The notes under the pieces are model-generated. The model made no database searches. It worked only from the letters and a program-made list of their open reading frames with translations, and was not told the DNA's origin. From an uncultured Actinomycetes bacterium (lineage in GTDB: Bacteria > Actinomycetota > Acidimicrobiia > Spongiisociales > DATADW01), in NCBI GenBank assembly GCA_963824995.1, contig CAWGRK010000007.1:62001-126000 (forward strand): a stretch of 64,000 nucleotides of DNA, read 5' to 3'. Shown one piece after another: positions 43,242-53,688 of this stretch (the stretch's first letter is position 1; each line of letters begins with the position of its first letter). Made by a program: the position numbers and the translations under genes.

Positions 43242-43526
43242 ATGGGGAATCGCATAGAGACCAAGCTCTTCCGGCTCAACGAGAGGATCATCGAGATTCG
43301 TCAGCAGGAGTCGCGTACCTCGGCTGAACTCGACATGTTGCGGGCACTCGACGACGACTTCCAGCGCGATGCGGCGGTGAGCGGTCACGCCGTGGACCGG
43401 GCCGACGCCCAACGGGCACATGCCGATGTCGAGCGGTTCGAAAGGGTCCTCGCCGCCCTTGCTGCCCGCCGGGACCGCCTGGAGACCCAGCGAGAAGCTC
43501 TACTCGCTCGGCTCGACGGCGGTTGA
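43242..43526 (+). CDS. small coiled-coil hypothetical protein (94 aa)
   Basis: MGNRIETKLFRLNERII...; heptad-like pattern; ATG lies 7 nt after TATCAT. Confidence 0.75.
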   Translation: MGNRIETKLFRLNERIIEIRQQESRTSAELDMLRALDDDFQRDAAVSGHAVDRADAQRAHADVERFERVLAALAARRDRLETQREALLARLDGG

Positions 43527-43568
43527 GCGGGTCCTAAGGTCAGCGACACCATCTCACCAGCGGACCCG

Positions 43569-46193
43569 ATGCCAACTCTCGCCCTCCTCGACGGTCACAG
43601 CCTCGCTTATCGCGCCTTTTTCGCCCTCCCGCCAGATCTGGGAACCCAATCCGGGCAGATCACCAACTCGGTCTACGGGTTCACCCGGATGCTGCTCAAG
43701 CTGGTGGGGGACCACCACCCCGATGCCGTCGCCGTCGCCTGGGATGTCAGTCGGGACACCTTCCGCCTCGCTGAGTACTCCGAGTACAAGGCGAATCGCA
43801 GCAGCGCACCCGATCAGTTCCGCAGCCAGCTTCCGTTGATACGCGAGGTGATGGACGCTCTCGGGTACTCCCAGCTCCAGCTCGAGGGGTACGAAGCCGA
43901 CGACGTGATCGCCTCGGTCGCCGCAAGGGCCATCGAGAATGGATGGGACGTCCTGGTGGTGACGGGGGATCGGGACAGCTTCCAACTAGTCGGCGACCAT
44001 CTCAAGGTGCTCTACACCCGCCGCGGCATATCCGACACGGTCCTGGCCGATGCCGGGTACGTAGAAGACCGATACGGGATCCGACCCGACCAGTACCTCG
44101 ACTACGCCTCTCTCAGGGGCGACACGTCCGACAACCTCCCCGGTGTCCCCGGCGTCGGCGAGAAGACGGCATCCCGGCTCGTCGCCGAGTACGGCGATCT
44201 CGAGAGCATCTACGAGCACCTCGATGACCACAGCCCCCGGCTCAAGTCCAACCTCACAGAACACCGCGACCAGGTGTTCCTCAACCAGCGCCTGATGCGG
44301 CTGGTTGACGACCTCGACCTGGGAGTATCTCCGACCGAGCTTGTCAGGGCGCCCTGGGACCGCCGCGTCGCCAAGGACCTGTTCGAGAGCCTCGAGTTCC
44401 ACAGCATCTTCAACGAGTTGGATGCCCTCTGGTCGGACCATCCAGTCGGGGCTGAAACCCTCGACGTGGATGTCACCACGGTCACCGAGCCCGCAGAGGT
44501 GGCCGGGCTCGCCCGGACTGATCCGTTGGTGCTGGTTCCGGTCTGGGAGGGCGAGTCCCTGGCCGGGCTGGCCGTGGCCGAGGATGGAGCCGCCCGGTAC
44601 GTGCCGCTGGCGGCGGCCGGCCCTTTGTTCGACGCCGTTGGGGACGGGTCGCGCAAGCGGGTGGCGCACGACGCCAAGGATCTGCTCCGCCACCTGGTGG
44701 AGCAGAGGATGCCGGTGGACGGTCCGCTCTTCGACACCGCTCTCGCCGCCTACGTCGTGCAACCGGCGACGAGGACTTATGAGCTCGGCGAGCTCTCGCT
44801 GCGCTACCTGGGTATCCAACTGGGCCACGGTGAGGAAGGCGACAGCCCCGAGGGCTCCCAGGGAATGCTCGACTTCTCGGAAGGTCCCGACCTGGCCGAT
44901 GCCGGTAAGAGGGCGGTGGTTACCGGGCGACTGGCGGAAGAGCTCCGCAACGAGCTCGAGGAGCGGGGAGAGCTGGACCTCTTCGACGAGATCGAAGCAC
45001 CACTGGTGGCGGTGCTCGCCCGGATGGAAGCGGCCGGGATCGGGGTCGATCGTCCCTATCTCGAAGAGTTGGGCGAGAGCCTCCGTGACCAGTTGGCGAC
45101 GTTGGAACGGGACATCCACCAGGCGGCCGGCGAACCGTTCAACGTCAACTCGACCAAGGAACTACGCCACGTCCTCTACACCACTCTCGGGCTGCCCGCC
45201 CTGAAGAAGACCTCAACCGGGGTGCCGTCCACCGACGCCTCCGTGCTGGCCAAGCTGGCCGATGCCCACCCCGTGGTCGAGTTGCTGCTCCGCTATCGGG
45301 AACTGGAGAAGCTCCGCTCGACCTACGTCGACGGCTACCTCCCACTCGTCGGGGCAGATGGGAGGATCCACACCAGGTTCAACCAGATGGCGGCGACCAC
45401 CGGCCGGCTCTCCTCGGACCGGCCCAACCTGCAGAACATCCCGGTGCGCTCCGAGACCGGGAGGACCATCAGGCGGGCTTTCGTCGCCCGGCCAGGGTGG
45501 CGCTTCCTGGTGGCCGACTACTCGCAGATCGAGCTGCGGGTGCTGGCGCACATGTCGGGCGATCCGGGGCTGGTCGAGGCGTTCGAATCCGACGCCGATA
45601 TCCACGCCGCCACCGCCGCCCGTGTCTTCGGTCTAGCACCTGAGAACGTGATGCCGGAGATGCGCCGCCGGGCCAAGGTGATCAACTTCGGGCTGCTCTA
45701 CGGGATGGAGGCGTTCGGCCTCGCCGATCGGCTCGGAATCTCGCGCGACGAGGCGCGCGAGCACATCGATGCCTATTTCGCCCAGTTCCCCGACGTGCGC
45801 GACTTCATGCGGGGCACGGTCACCGAGGCCCGCAACCGGGGTTACACCACCACCCTCTTCGGAAGGCGGCGTTATCTCCCCGAGTTGCAGAGCGACAACA
45901 TCCGGGTCCGCCAGATGGGGGAGCGCATGGCGCTCAACGCCCCGGTGCAGGGAACGGCCGCCGACATCATCAAGAAAGCGATGATCGAGCTCGACACACG
46001 GCTGGTTGACGAAGGCATGGAGACCAAGCTCCTCCTCCAGATCCACGATGAGCTCGTGGTGGAGACGCCCGCCGGGGAGGAGAACTCGGCGGGCGAGTTG
46101 GTGGTCGATGTCATGGAAGGCGTGACCAAGTTGCGGGTTCCATTGCGTGCCGACCTCGCATCAGGTGCCACGCTGGCAGACACCAAGGCTTGA
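43569..46193 (+). CDS. polA: DNA polymerase I
   Basis: DGHSLAYRAF, EADD, GDTSDNLPG, DYSQIELR, KVINFGLLYG and QIHDEL motifs. Confidence 0.98.
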   Translation: MPTLALLDGHSLAYRAFFALPPDLGTQSGQITNSVYGFTRMLLKLVGDHHPDAVAVAWDVSRDTFRLAEYSEYKANRSSAPDQFRSQLPLIREVMDALGYSQLQLEGYEADDVIASVAARAIENGWDVLVVTGDRDSFQLVGDHLKVLYTRRGISDTVLADAGYVEDRYGIRPDQYLDYASLRGDTSDNLPGVPGVGEKTASRLVAEYGDLESIYEHLDDHSPRLKSNLTEHRDQVFLNQRLMRLVDDLDLGVSPTELVRAPWDRRVAKDLFESLEFHSIFNELDALWSDHPVGAETLDVDVTTVTEPAEVAGLARTDPLVLVPVWEGESLAGLAVAEDGAARYVPLAAAGPLFDAVGDGSRKRVAHDAKDLLRHLVEQRMPVDGPLFDTALAAYVVQPATRTYELGELSLRYLGIQLGHGEEGDSPEGSQGMLDFSEGPDLADAGKRAVVTGRLAEELRNELEERGELDLFDEIEAPLVAVLARMEAAGIGVDRPYLEELGESLRDQLATLERDIHQAAGEPFNVNSTKELRHVLYTTLGLPALKKTSTGVPSTDASVLAKLADAHPVVELLLRYRELEKLRSTYVDGYLPLVGADGRIHTRFNQMAATTGRLSSDRPNLQNIPVRSETGRTIRRAFVARPGWRFLVADYSQIELRVLAHMSGDPGLVEAFESDADIHAATAARVFGLAPENVMPEMRRRAKVINFGLLYGMEAFGLADRLGISRDEAREHIDAYFAQFPDVRDFMRGTVTEARNRGYTTTLFGRRRYLPELQSDNIRVRQMGERMALNAPVQGTAADIIKKAMIELDTRLVDEGMETKLLLQIHDELVVETPAGEENSAGELVVDVMEGVTKLRVPLRADLASGATLADTKA

Positions 46194-46271
46194 CCCCGCA
46201 CGACCTGCTACGATTCCAAGACGCCCTGCCCCCGCGGCGGCGGCGAATCCCTTGGAGGTAAGAAACCACCT

Positions 46272-48053
46272 ATGACCACCGAACACGAGCCGTCGCGTGC
46301 GCCCGATGAGGCGACAACGGCGGCGACAACCACCATCGACGAGTTCGATGGTGTGACTGCGGGCGAAGAGTCCATCGAGACCGAAACCCCGCCAGAGACG
46401 GCTCCCGAGCCAGCTGAGCAGACCGAGGACGCGTCCGACGACGGAGCGATCGACGAGGCCTCCGATGATGCCGAGGCATCAACCGAGACCGACGTCGCAG
46501 ACGCCGTCGATGACGTGCAGACCTCTGCGGAGACCGAGGTCGTCGAGGCCTCCGATGAGATCGAAACCGCCGATGCCGCCGTCGAATCCGATGGAGCCGA
46601 AACGTCCGACTCGGCCGCAGTCGAGGCTCTCGACGAGACGGAGGTCACCGTCGACGAGGTCGCCGCAGTTGCGGCTTCGGTCGATGTTGAGACGCCGGAC
46701 GTCGGCACTACCGACGAGACCGCGCCGGCCAGTCCGGAGCCCGAGGGGCGCCCCCGTCCACCCGGTCCGGCAGCGATCGTCGCGCCCAATGTGGGCGACC
46801 TCCCAGATGAGATCGCCGATGACTTCGTTGCCGCTCTCGAGCACACCGTGCTCGAGTTCAAGGAGGGCGACATCGTCGAGGGCACGGTGGTGACCGTGGA
46901 CGGCGATGGGGCGATGCTCGACATCGGCTACAAGTCCGAGGGGATCATCCCCACCGAGGAATTGTCGATCCGCAACAACGTCAACCCGGGCGAGGTGGTC
47001 AAGGTCGGCGAGCGGATCGAGGCCCTGGTCCTCAACAAGGAGGACGAAGAGGGCAGGCTCATCCTCTCCAAGAAGCGTGCCCAGTACGAGCGCGCCTGGG
47101 ACCGCATCCAGCAGATCACCAACGAGGCCGGCACGGTGCGTGGCCCGGTGATCGAGGTGGTCAAGGGCGGTTTGATAGTCGACATCGGCCTGCGCGGCTT
47201 CCTCCCCGCCTCGCTCGTCGAGTTGCGCCGGGTGCGCGACCTCGACCCGTATGTCGGGCAGGAGATCGAGGCCAAGGTCATCGAACTCGACCGCAACCGC
47301 AACAACGTCGTTCTCTCCCGCCGCGCCTACCTCGAGGAGGAGCAGGCCGAGCAGCGCCAGGCGTTCCTCGACCAACTCGCCGTTGGTGAGGTGCGCAAGG
47401 GTGTCGTCTCGTCGGTCGTCGCATTCGGCGCCTTCGTAGACCTCGGCGGAATGGACGGTCTGGTCCACGTCTCCGAGCTGTCCTGGCAACACGTCAACCA
47501 CCCCGGCGAAGTGGTCAAGGTGGGCGACGAGGTCACGGTCAAGGTGCTCGAGGTGGATCTGGACAGGGAGCGGATCTCCCTCTCGATCAAGCAGACACTC
47601 GAAGACCCCTGGGTTACCTTCATCCGGGAGAACAGTGTCGGTTCCGTGGTCGAAGGTGTCGTCACCAAAACCGTTCCCTTCGGAGCTTTCGTCTCTGTCG
47701 GCGACGGTGTTGAAGGGCTGGTGCACGTCTCCGAGATCGCGGTCCACCGCGTCGAGTCACCCGAGTTGGAGTTGTCGATCGGACAGCGCGTCCAGGTCAA
47801 GGTGACCGAGATGGAGGAGGAGCGCCGTCGGGTGAGTCTGTCGATCAAGCAGGCGTCGCCCGACTGGTCCGAGCGGCGCGAGCCGCCGGCGCCGGCTGCG
47901 GCGGCTGCACCGACGAGCCGCCCCGAGCGCCGTCCACCCACCAGGCACGAATTCGAGCGCGAGCCCGAGGAAGAGCGCCCCGCAGTGAGCGTCGACGCCT
48001 CCCTCGAGGCAATCCTTCAAGAGCTGAAAGAACGTGGGATCGGCCGCCGCTGA
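46272..48053 (+). CDS. rpsA: 30S ribosomal protein S1 with long acidic N-terminal extension
   Basis: DIGYKSEG, GFLPASLV, GLVHVSEL and GLVHVSEI S1 repeats; ggagg RBS; follows polA. Confidence 0.95.
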   Translation: MTTEHEPSRAPDEATTAATTTIDEFDGVTAGEESIETETPPETAPEPAEQTEDASDDGAIDEASDDAEASTETDVADAVDDVQTSAETEVVEASDEIETADAAVESDGAETSDSAAVEALDETEVTVDEVAAVAASVDVETPDVGTTDETAPASPEPEGRPRPPGPAAIVAPNVGDLPDEIADDFVAALEHTVLEFKEGDIVEGTVVTVDGDGAMLDIGYKSEGIIPTEELSIRNNVNPGEVVKVGERIEALVLNKEDEEGRLILSKKRAQYERAWDRIQQITNEAGTVRGPVIEVVKGGLIVDIGLRGFLPASLVELRRVRDLDPYVGQEIEAKVIELDRNRNNVVLSRRAYLEEEQAEQRQAFLDQLAVGEVRKGVVSSVVAFGAFVDLGGMDGLVHVSELSWQHVNHPGEVVKVGDEVTVKVLEVDLDRERISLSIKQTLEDPWVTFIRENSVGSVVEGVVTKTVPFGAFVSVGDGVEGLVHVSEIAVHRVESPELELSIGQRVQVKVTEMEEERRRVSLSIKQASPDWSERREPPAPAAAAAPTSRPERRPPTRHEFEREPEEERPAVSVDASLEAILQELKERGIGRR

Positions 48054-48076
48054 GGCGCGGCTCCCGTATTCGCCGC

Positions 48077-48104
48077 TCAACCGAAGGGGTCACACGGCCG
48101 ATGG
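48077..48104 (+). promoter_or_regulatory. sigma28 (FliA/WhiG)-like promoter of the tad operon
   Basis: TCAA-N16-GCCGATGG versus consensus TAAA-N15/16-GCCGATAA; about 50 nt before cpaB. Confidence 0.5.
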
Positions 48105-48156
48105 AACCCTTGTGGGAAGGGTCCGATTGACCCTGTCTTTGGCCGAGGAGCGTTGA

Positions 48157-49113
48157 ATGGGCAGACGGACCCTGGTCCTCATCGTCGCACTGCTGCTGGC
48201 CGGCGTGGCCGCTTTCGCCGTTTACCGGTTCCTGACCGGCGTGCAGAACGAGCGGATAGAACAAACCGCGCTCGAGGAGGTCTACCGCACGCAAGCTCGC
48301 ATCGAAGCTGGAACTAGTGGTGACCTAGTGATTCAGCAGTTCGATGAACGGCTCGAGGTCAGCGAAGAGGTTGTCGAGTTGACCCCGGAGTTGGCGGTCG
48401 ATACCGAGCCAATCGAGCCCGGTGAGGTTTCGCTCGAGCAGGCGCTGGCGGGGAACGTCGCCGCCGGACCGATTCCGGCCGGGGTGGTCGTCACCACCGA
48501 CATGTGGATCGACCCGGTACAGGCGGCGCAGTCACTCGACGAGGTGGTGAGCAGCGGCAATCAGGCGGTGTCGGTCCCGGTCGAGGCAAGCAGAGGCGTT
48601 GCTGGGTTCATTCGCCCAGGCGACACGGTCAATGTCCTGGTGACGCTCAAGGTCGAGGGCACTCCCATCACCGAGGATGCCCCCGCTCTTGACCCTCAGC
48701 AGGAATCCGGAAGTGGTGAGCCCGAGACCATCACCAAGACATTGACCCGCTACGTCCTCTTCAACAAGCACGTGCTCGCCGTCGACGACCAGGTTGTCAT
48801 TCCAGGTGCCGAAGATTCAGCGACGGTCGCGGCGCCTGCGCCGACGCCTTCTGAAGACGGTTCGGCCACCACACCCACCACACCGCAAACCGGGGGTGGG
48901 AACGGGTCGCTCGTCGATCGAGTTCAGCTGGTCACCTTGGAGGTCAACTCCGAGGAGGCAGAGCAATTGGTCTTCGCCGTCGAGGCGGGTGACATCTGGC
49001 TCACTCTGGCAACCGATGACTTCCAGCCAGCAAACACCGGCGGCGTTGTCATCGACTCGCTCTTCGGGGAAGACGGGGGAGTCCTCGACGAGTACTTCGA
49101 GACGGGACCCTGA
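48157..49113 (+). CDS. cpaB: Flp pilus assembly protein CpaB/RcpC
   Basis: N-terminal TM segment, RGVAGFIRPGDTVNVLVT and VTLEV..EEAEQLVFA...GDIWLTL. Confidence 0.88.
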   Translation: MGRRTLVLIVALLLAGVAAFAVYRFLTGVQNERIEQTALEEVYRTQARIEAGTSGDLVIQQFDERLEVSEEVVELTPELAVDTEPIEPGEVSLEQALAGNVAAGPIPAGVVVTTDMWIDPVQAAQSLDEVVSSGNQAVSVPVEASRGVAGFIRPGDTVNVLVTLKVEGTPITEDAPALDPQQESGSGEPETITKTLTRYVLFNKHVLAVDDQVVIPGAEDSATVAAPAPTPSEDGSATTPTTPQTGGGNGSLVDRVQLVTLEVNSEEAEQLVFAVEAGDIWLTLATDDFQPANTGGVVIDSLFGEDGGVLDEYFETGP

Positions 49114-49144
49114 TGCAGGCATCTGCACGCCGTGGGAACGGCCG

Positions 49145-50308
49145 ATGATCGGCGAGGACGTCGGGGTGATCGTCGTCGACGACGATGAGGAGTTTCTCGA
49201 CGAGACCAAACGGGCCCTCGATGGCAAGGTACCTACGGTTCGCTTCCTAACCGACGTGCAGCGCCGCATCGAGGATCGCTCCGTTTCGGTGGTAGTTCTC
49301 GGGCCCTCTTTCGCATCGGAGCCTGCGATGGAGAGCGCGGCCATCCTCGGCGAGGAACACGACGACCTCGGGATCATTCTGGTCGCAGCCGACATCGATC
49401 CAAGCGTGCTGCGCGCCGCGATGCGGGCCGGGGTACGCGACGTGATCGAGCCTCCGCTCACCGAGCAGCGCCTTCACGATGCAGTGGCGCCATTGCTGCG
49501 GCGCCGTCCCGCGGTGGAACTCGCCCCTCTGCCGAGCGAAGGTCGCGTGGTCACCGTGATGTCGCCCAAGGGTGGGAGCGGCAAGACCGTGCTCGCCTCG
49601 AACATTGCGGTGATGCTCGCCCAGCAGTTGGGCGACGGGCGCGTCGCTCTGGTGGACGCCGACCTCCAATTCGGCGACGACAGCCTCGTACTGCAACTCG
49701 AGCCACGTCTCACCGTTGTCAACATCGTGCATGACATAGACCGACTCGATGAGCCTCTGGTGGATTCCGTCCTGGCGAGGCACCCCTCCGGGTTACGGGT
49801 GCTTCCCGCTCCACTCGAGCCGTCGTATGCAGACGAGATCAGCGTGTCGGCGATGGTCGAAATCGTAGGTGTCATGAGATCGATGTTCGAGGTAGTCGTT
49901 GTGGACACCTCCTCCTCGTTTGACGAGTTGCTCTTATCCCTGCTGGAACGGTCCGATCTCGTCCTGATCGTGGTCGATATGGACCTGCTCTCGGTCAAGA
50001 ACGCCAAGTTGGCGCTTGACACGCTCCGGCTGCTCAAGTTCCCATCGTCCAAGATCAAGCTGGTTCTCAACCGTGCAAACGCCCGAGCAAGACTCGACGA
50101 GACGGAAATCGAGAAAACGCTCGGGGTGAAAGTGTCGGCGCGCATCCCATCGGATGCCGCTATTCCGGCGTCGGTGAACGAGGGTCGGCCAATTGTCCTC
50201 TCCTCACCCAAGTCGAAGACGGCGAGAGGCTTCGAAGAGGCGGCGGCGCTGGTGACAGGAGCCCGACCTGCCGCACCGCGAGCACGCCGGTCCCGCTGGC
50301 GGTCATGA
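49145..50308 (+). CDS. cpaE: CpaE/TadZ-like receiver-domain plus MinD/ParA-type ATPase
   Basis: IVVDDD...AMRAGVRD, SPKGGSGKT, DADLQFGD and LVLNR motifs. Confidence 0.88.
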   Translation: MIGEDVGVIVVDDDEEFLDETKRALDGKVPTVRFLTDVQRRIEDRSVSVVVLGPSFASEPAMESAAILGEEHDDLGIILVAADIDPSVLRAAMRAGVRDVIEPPLTEQRLHDAVAPLLRRRPAVELAPLPSEGRVVTVMSPKGGSGKTVLASNIAVMLAQQLGDGRVALVDADLQFGDDSLVLQLEPRLTVVNIVHDIDRLDEPLVDSVLARHPSGLRVLPAPLEPSYADEISVSAMVEIVGVMRSMFEVVVVDTSSSFDELLLSLLERSDLVLIVVDMDLLSVKNAKLALDTLRLLKFPSSKIKLVLNRANARARLDETEIEKTLGVKVSARIPSDAAIPASVNEGRPIVLSSPKSKTARGFEEAAALVTGARPAAPRARRSRWRS

Positions 50309-50366
50309 AGATGTCTCGGGCCACCGGTAGCATGCGTATGTTTGGTCGGGGGACCAAGGGTCGGGG

Positions 50367-51741
50367 GTGACGGTGGCTTCACTTTCAGAACGAGTAGCCG
50401 CGGCGTTAGCCGAAGGGCGCCAGCCGTCTGCGACGCTGCACGACGAGCTCCGGGTGAGCATGCACTTCCGAGTGATCGAAGAGCTCGGCCCCGTGCTCTA
50501 CGACCGAGCCCTGACGGATGACGATCTGCGCCTCCGGGTCCTAGAGACATTGGAGCGGTCGCTCGACAGCGAGGCGCGCTCCAGCCTTTCGAAGGTGGAG
50601 CGCGACCACTTGCTCGCCGAGGTCACCAGCGATGTGCTCGGGTATGGCCCAATCGATCCCCTGCTGAACGACCCGACGATCACCGAGGTCATGGTCAACG
50701 GTCCCAACGAGGTTTATGTGGAGCGGGCAGGGAAGGTCGTCGCCACCCCCATCCGGTTCGTCGACGGGATCCACCTCCGCCGCATCATCGACAAGATCGT
50801 CGGGCAGGTCGGTAGGCGCGTGGACGAGGCCACTCCTATGGTCGATGCGCGTCTCCCCGACGGGTCAAGGATCAACGCAGTCGTCCATCCCCTCGCCATC
50901 GGCGGACCGTTCCTCACGATTAGGAAGTTCGCCGTCGACCCCTTCACCGAACGCGACCTCATAGGCCTCGGAACGCTGAGCCCTCAGCTCGCAGACCTGG
51001 TCCGAGCCTGTGTGCTGGGGCGTCTCAACATCATCATCAGCGGTGGGACAGGCTCGGGCAAGACGACAACGCTCAATGTGCTCTCGTCGTACCTTCCAAG
51101 CGAAGAGCGCATCGTCACCATCGAGGACGCCGCCGAACTCCAGCTGAACCAGGATCACGTGCTCAGCCTGGAGTCAAGACCGGCCAACCTCGAAGGCAAG
51201 GGCGAGGTGACGATGCGCGATCTCGTCCGCAACGCCCTACGGATGCGCCCCGACCGGATCGTGTTGGGGGAGGTTCGCGGCGGCGAGGCGCTCGACATGC
51301 TGCAAGCGATGAACACCGGACATGACGGCTCGCTGACCACGATCCATGCCAACTCGCCGCGCGACTCACTATCCCGGGTCGAGACCATGGTGCTCATGTC
51401 GGGCTTCGACTTGCCAGTCGCGCGCTATCCGCGAACAGATCGCCTCGGCAGTCAATCTCATCGTCCATATCGCCCGGCTTAGGGATGGCTCGCGACGCGT
51501 CACTCACGTAACAGAGGTGGGTGGCATTGTCGGCGACCAGATCGAACTACGCGACCTCTTCCTCTTCGACTATGGGATGGGGATTGACGCGAACGGGAAG
51601 TTCCTCGGCCGACTCAAGGCGACCGGCAGCCGACCGGAGTTCCTGGACCACCTACTCGACATGGGAATCGACGTGCCGGCGGGGGCGTTCGATGCCGAAT
51701 CCCTGACCCGCCGCGCAGACTCTTTTTCCGTGGTCCAATGA
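50367..51741 (+). CDS. cpaF: Tad secretion ATPase CpaF/TadA (1-bp insertion near 51420)
   Basis: [34 protein letters not shown] and AMNTGHDGS motifs. Confidence 0.93.
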
Positions 51742-53686
51742 GCCGCATCCGGAACGTGTTCATCCTGGCTCTTCTTGCCGGGATCATCGGGGCGCTTCCC
51801 GCCGCAGCCCAGGATGCCGAACCCGAGCCTGGAATCGAGATCTCGACGCTCGACATCGACCGGTACCCGAACGTCATCATGGAGATCGCCGCCATCAATA
51901 TGGTGGATCCGCTCGACCCCGAGCAGTTCACCATCACCGAAGACGACGAGCCGATTCCATCGGATCGAATCCAATCGATCGCCCCGATGGGTGAGACGAC
52001 GATCACCGGCATAGTGCTGGTGATCGATGCTTCGAACAGCATGGCAGGCAGCAAGCTGGACGAGGCCAAGCGCGCCGCCGTTGCCTTTGTCGATCAGAAG
52101 CGGCCGCAGGACCAAGTAGCTGTCATCGCCTTTGGCCCACAACCTTTCGACACGTTGGATTTCACGTCCGACGGGGACGAGCTCGTCACCTTTATCGAGT
52201 CGATCGAAGTGCTGGGCCGGCAGACCCCGCTCTACGACGCGGTCTTCGAGGCGGCAGAGATGTTCGCCAGCGAGCCTGATCTCGATGCAAACGCAATCGT
52301 TCTGACAGATGGCGTCAACACCGATCGGTTCACTACGCACACCCTTGATGAGGCGATCTCCGAGGCCCAGAGCGTGGAAATGTCCATCTTCAGCATCGGC
52401 ATCGTCGGCTCCCGCTTCAACGAGGAGCCGCTGAGGGAAATGGCCGCTGCGACCGGTGGCGCCTATGCACGGGCTGACCTCGAAGATTTGGTCGGGTTGT
52501 TCGAGGGAATCGGAAGCGCCCTCGACAACCGGGTGGTGGCTCGGTTCACCGCAGCGGAGTCCGGCTACAGGAAGGTCACTTTCGGCGCGATCTACGGTGA
52601 GCTTCGTGCCAGCCAGACGATCCAAGTACCCGGCTTCCTGGTCACCACCGTGCCTGCTCCAACGACGACCGTGGTGGTTCCTCCATCGACCTACTACCGG
52701 GCATCGAGCCTTCCCGCTAGTCCAGACACCCTGCGGATCCTGATCGCAGTGGCAGCCTTCGCCGTTGTCGCCATGTTTGTCCTCATCCTCGCCTGGGGTC
52801 GAGAGGAGGAGGAACGACTCGGCGGCAGACTCAGGGTGTACGGAACGCCCGAGCCCGCGGTCGAGCGCGGTGGGATCCTGAGCAGGCTTCCCATATTCCG
52901 TCACCTCTCCGCACAGGCGGAGGCGGTCGCACAACGGCGCGGATTGACCGGTGCGATCAACACGGCGCTCGACTCGGCAAATATCCTGCTCCGCCCCGGT
53001 GAGGCGATTGCTGCTGCCATTGCCCTCGCTGCGGTCACCGGTGGCTTGGTCGCCGTGCTGATGAAGTCGTTTCTCTGGGGTGGTGTGGTCTTTTTAGCGG
53101 CCGTCCTGATCGTCTTCGCTCTGATCGAGAGGGCGGGACAGCAGGAGCGCTCGAAGTTCGAAAAGCAGCTTCCCGACACATTGACCCTGATGGCGACATC
53201 ACTGCGCGCCGGTTATTCGCTCGTACAGGCCGTCGAGTCTGTGGCCGGGGAGTCCCCCAATCCCACCGGCCGCGAGTTCGGGCGCGCCGTGGCGGAAACG
53301 AGGCTGGGACGTCCCGCCGTCCAGGCTCTCCAGGGGATCTCCGACCGCATGAGCAGCGTGGACTTCCATTGGACCGTGATGGCGGTGGAGATCCAGCGCG
53401 AGGTGGGGGAAACCTCTCCGAGGTGTTGCAGACGGTGGCCGACACCATGCTCGCCCGCAACCGGCTCCGTGGTGAGGTGAGAGCACTGACGGCCGAAGGG
53501 CGGATGTCGGCGATCGTGCTCGTCCTCATTCCGGTGGCACTCTTCGCATTCCTCTTTCTCACCAATCCCGACTACCTGGACCCGCTGCTTACCGATCCGA
53601 TCGGAGTGGTGGCGCTCGTGGTCGCAGGACTTTTGATGGTCGCCGGCGTCTTCTGGCTTCGCCGGCTGGTAAAGATCGAGGTCTGA
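51738..53686 (+). CDS. tadB: VWA-domain/TadB (T2SS F-family) fusion protein (1-bp deletion in the G-run near 53405)
   Basis: Signal peptide, MIDAS DASNS...T...LTDG, then QLPDTL..SLRAG, REVGGNL and LTAEGRMS. Confidence 0.88.
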
Positions 53687-53688
53687 CC

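Noticed and set aside
48090..48140. c-di-GMP riboswitch ahead of cpaB
   Set aside because: Hairpins are present, but I could not find class I or class II consensus features
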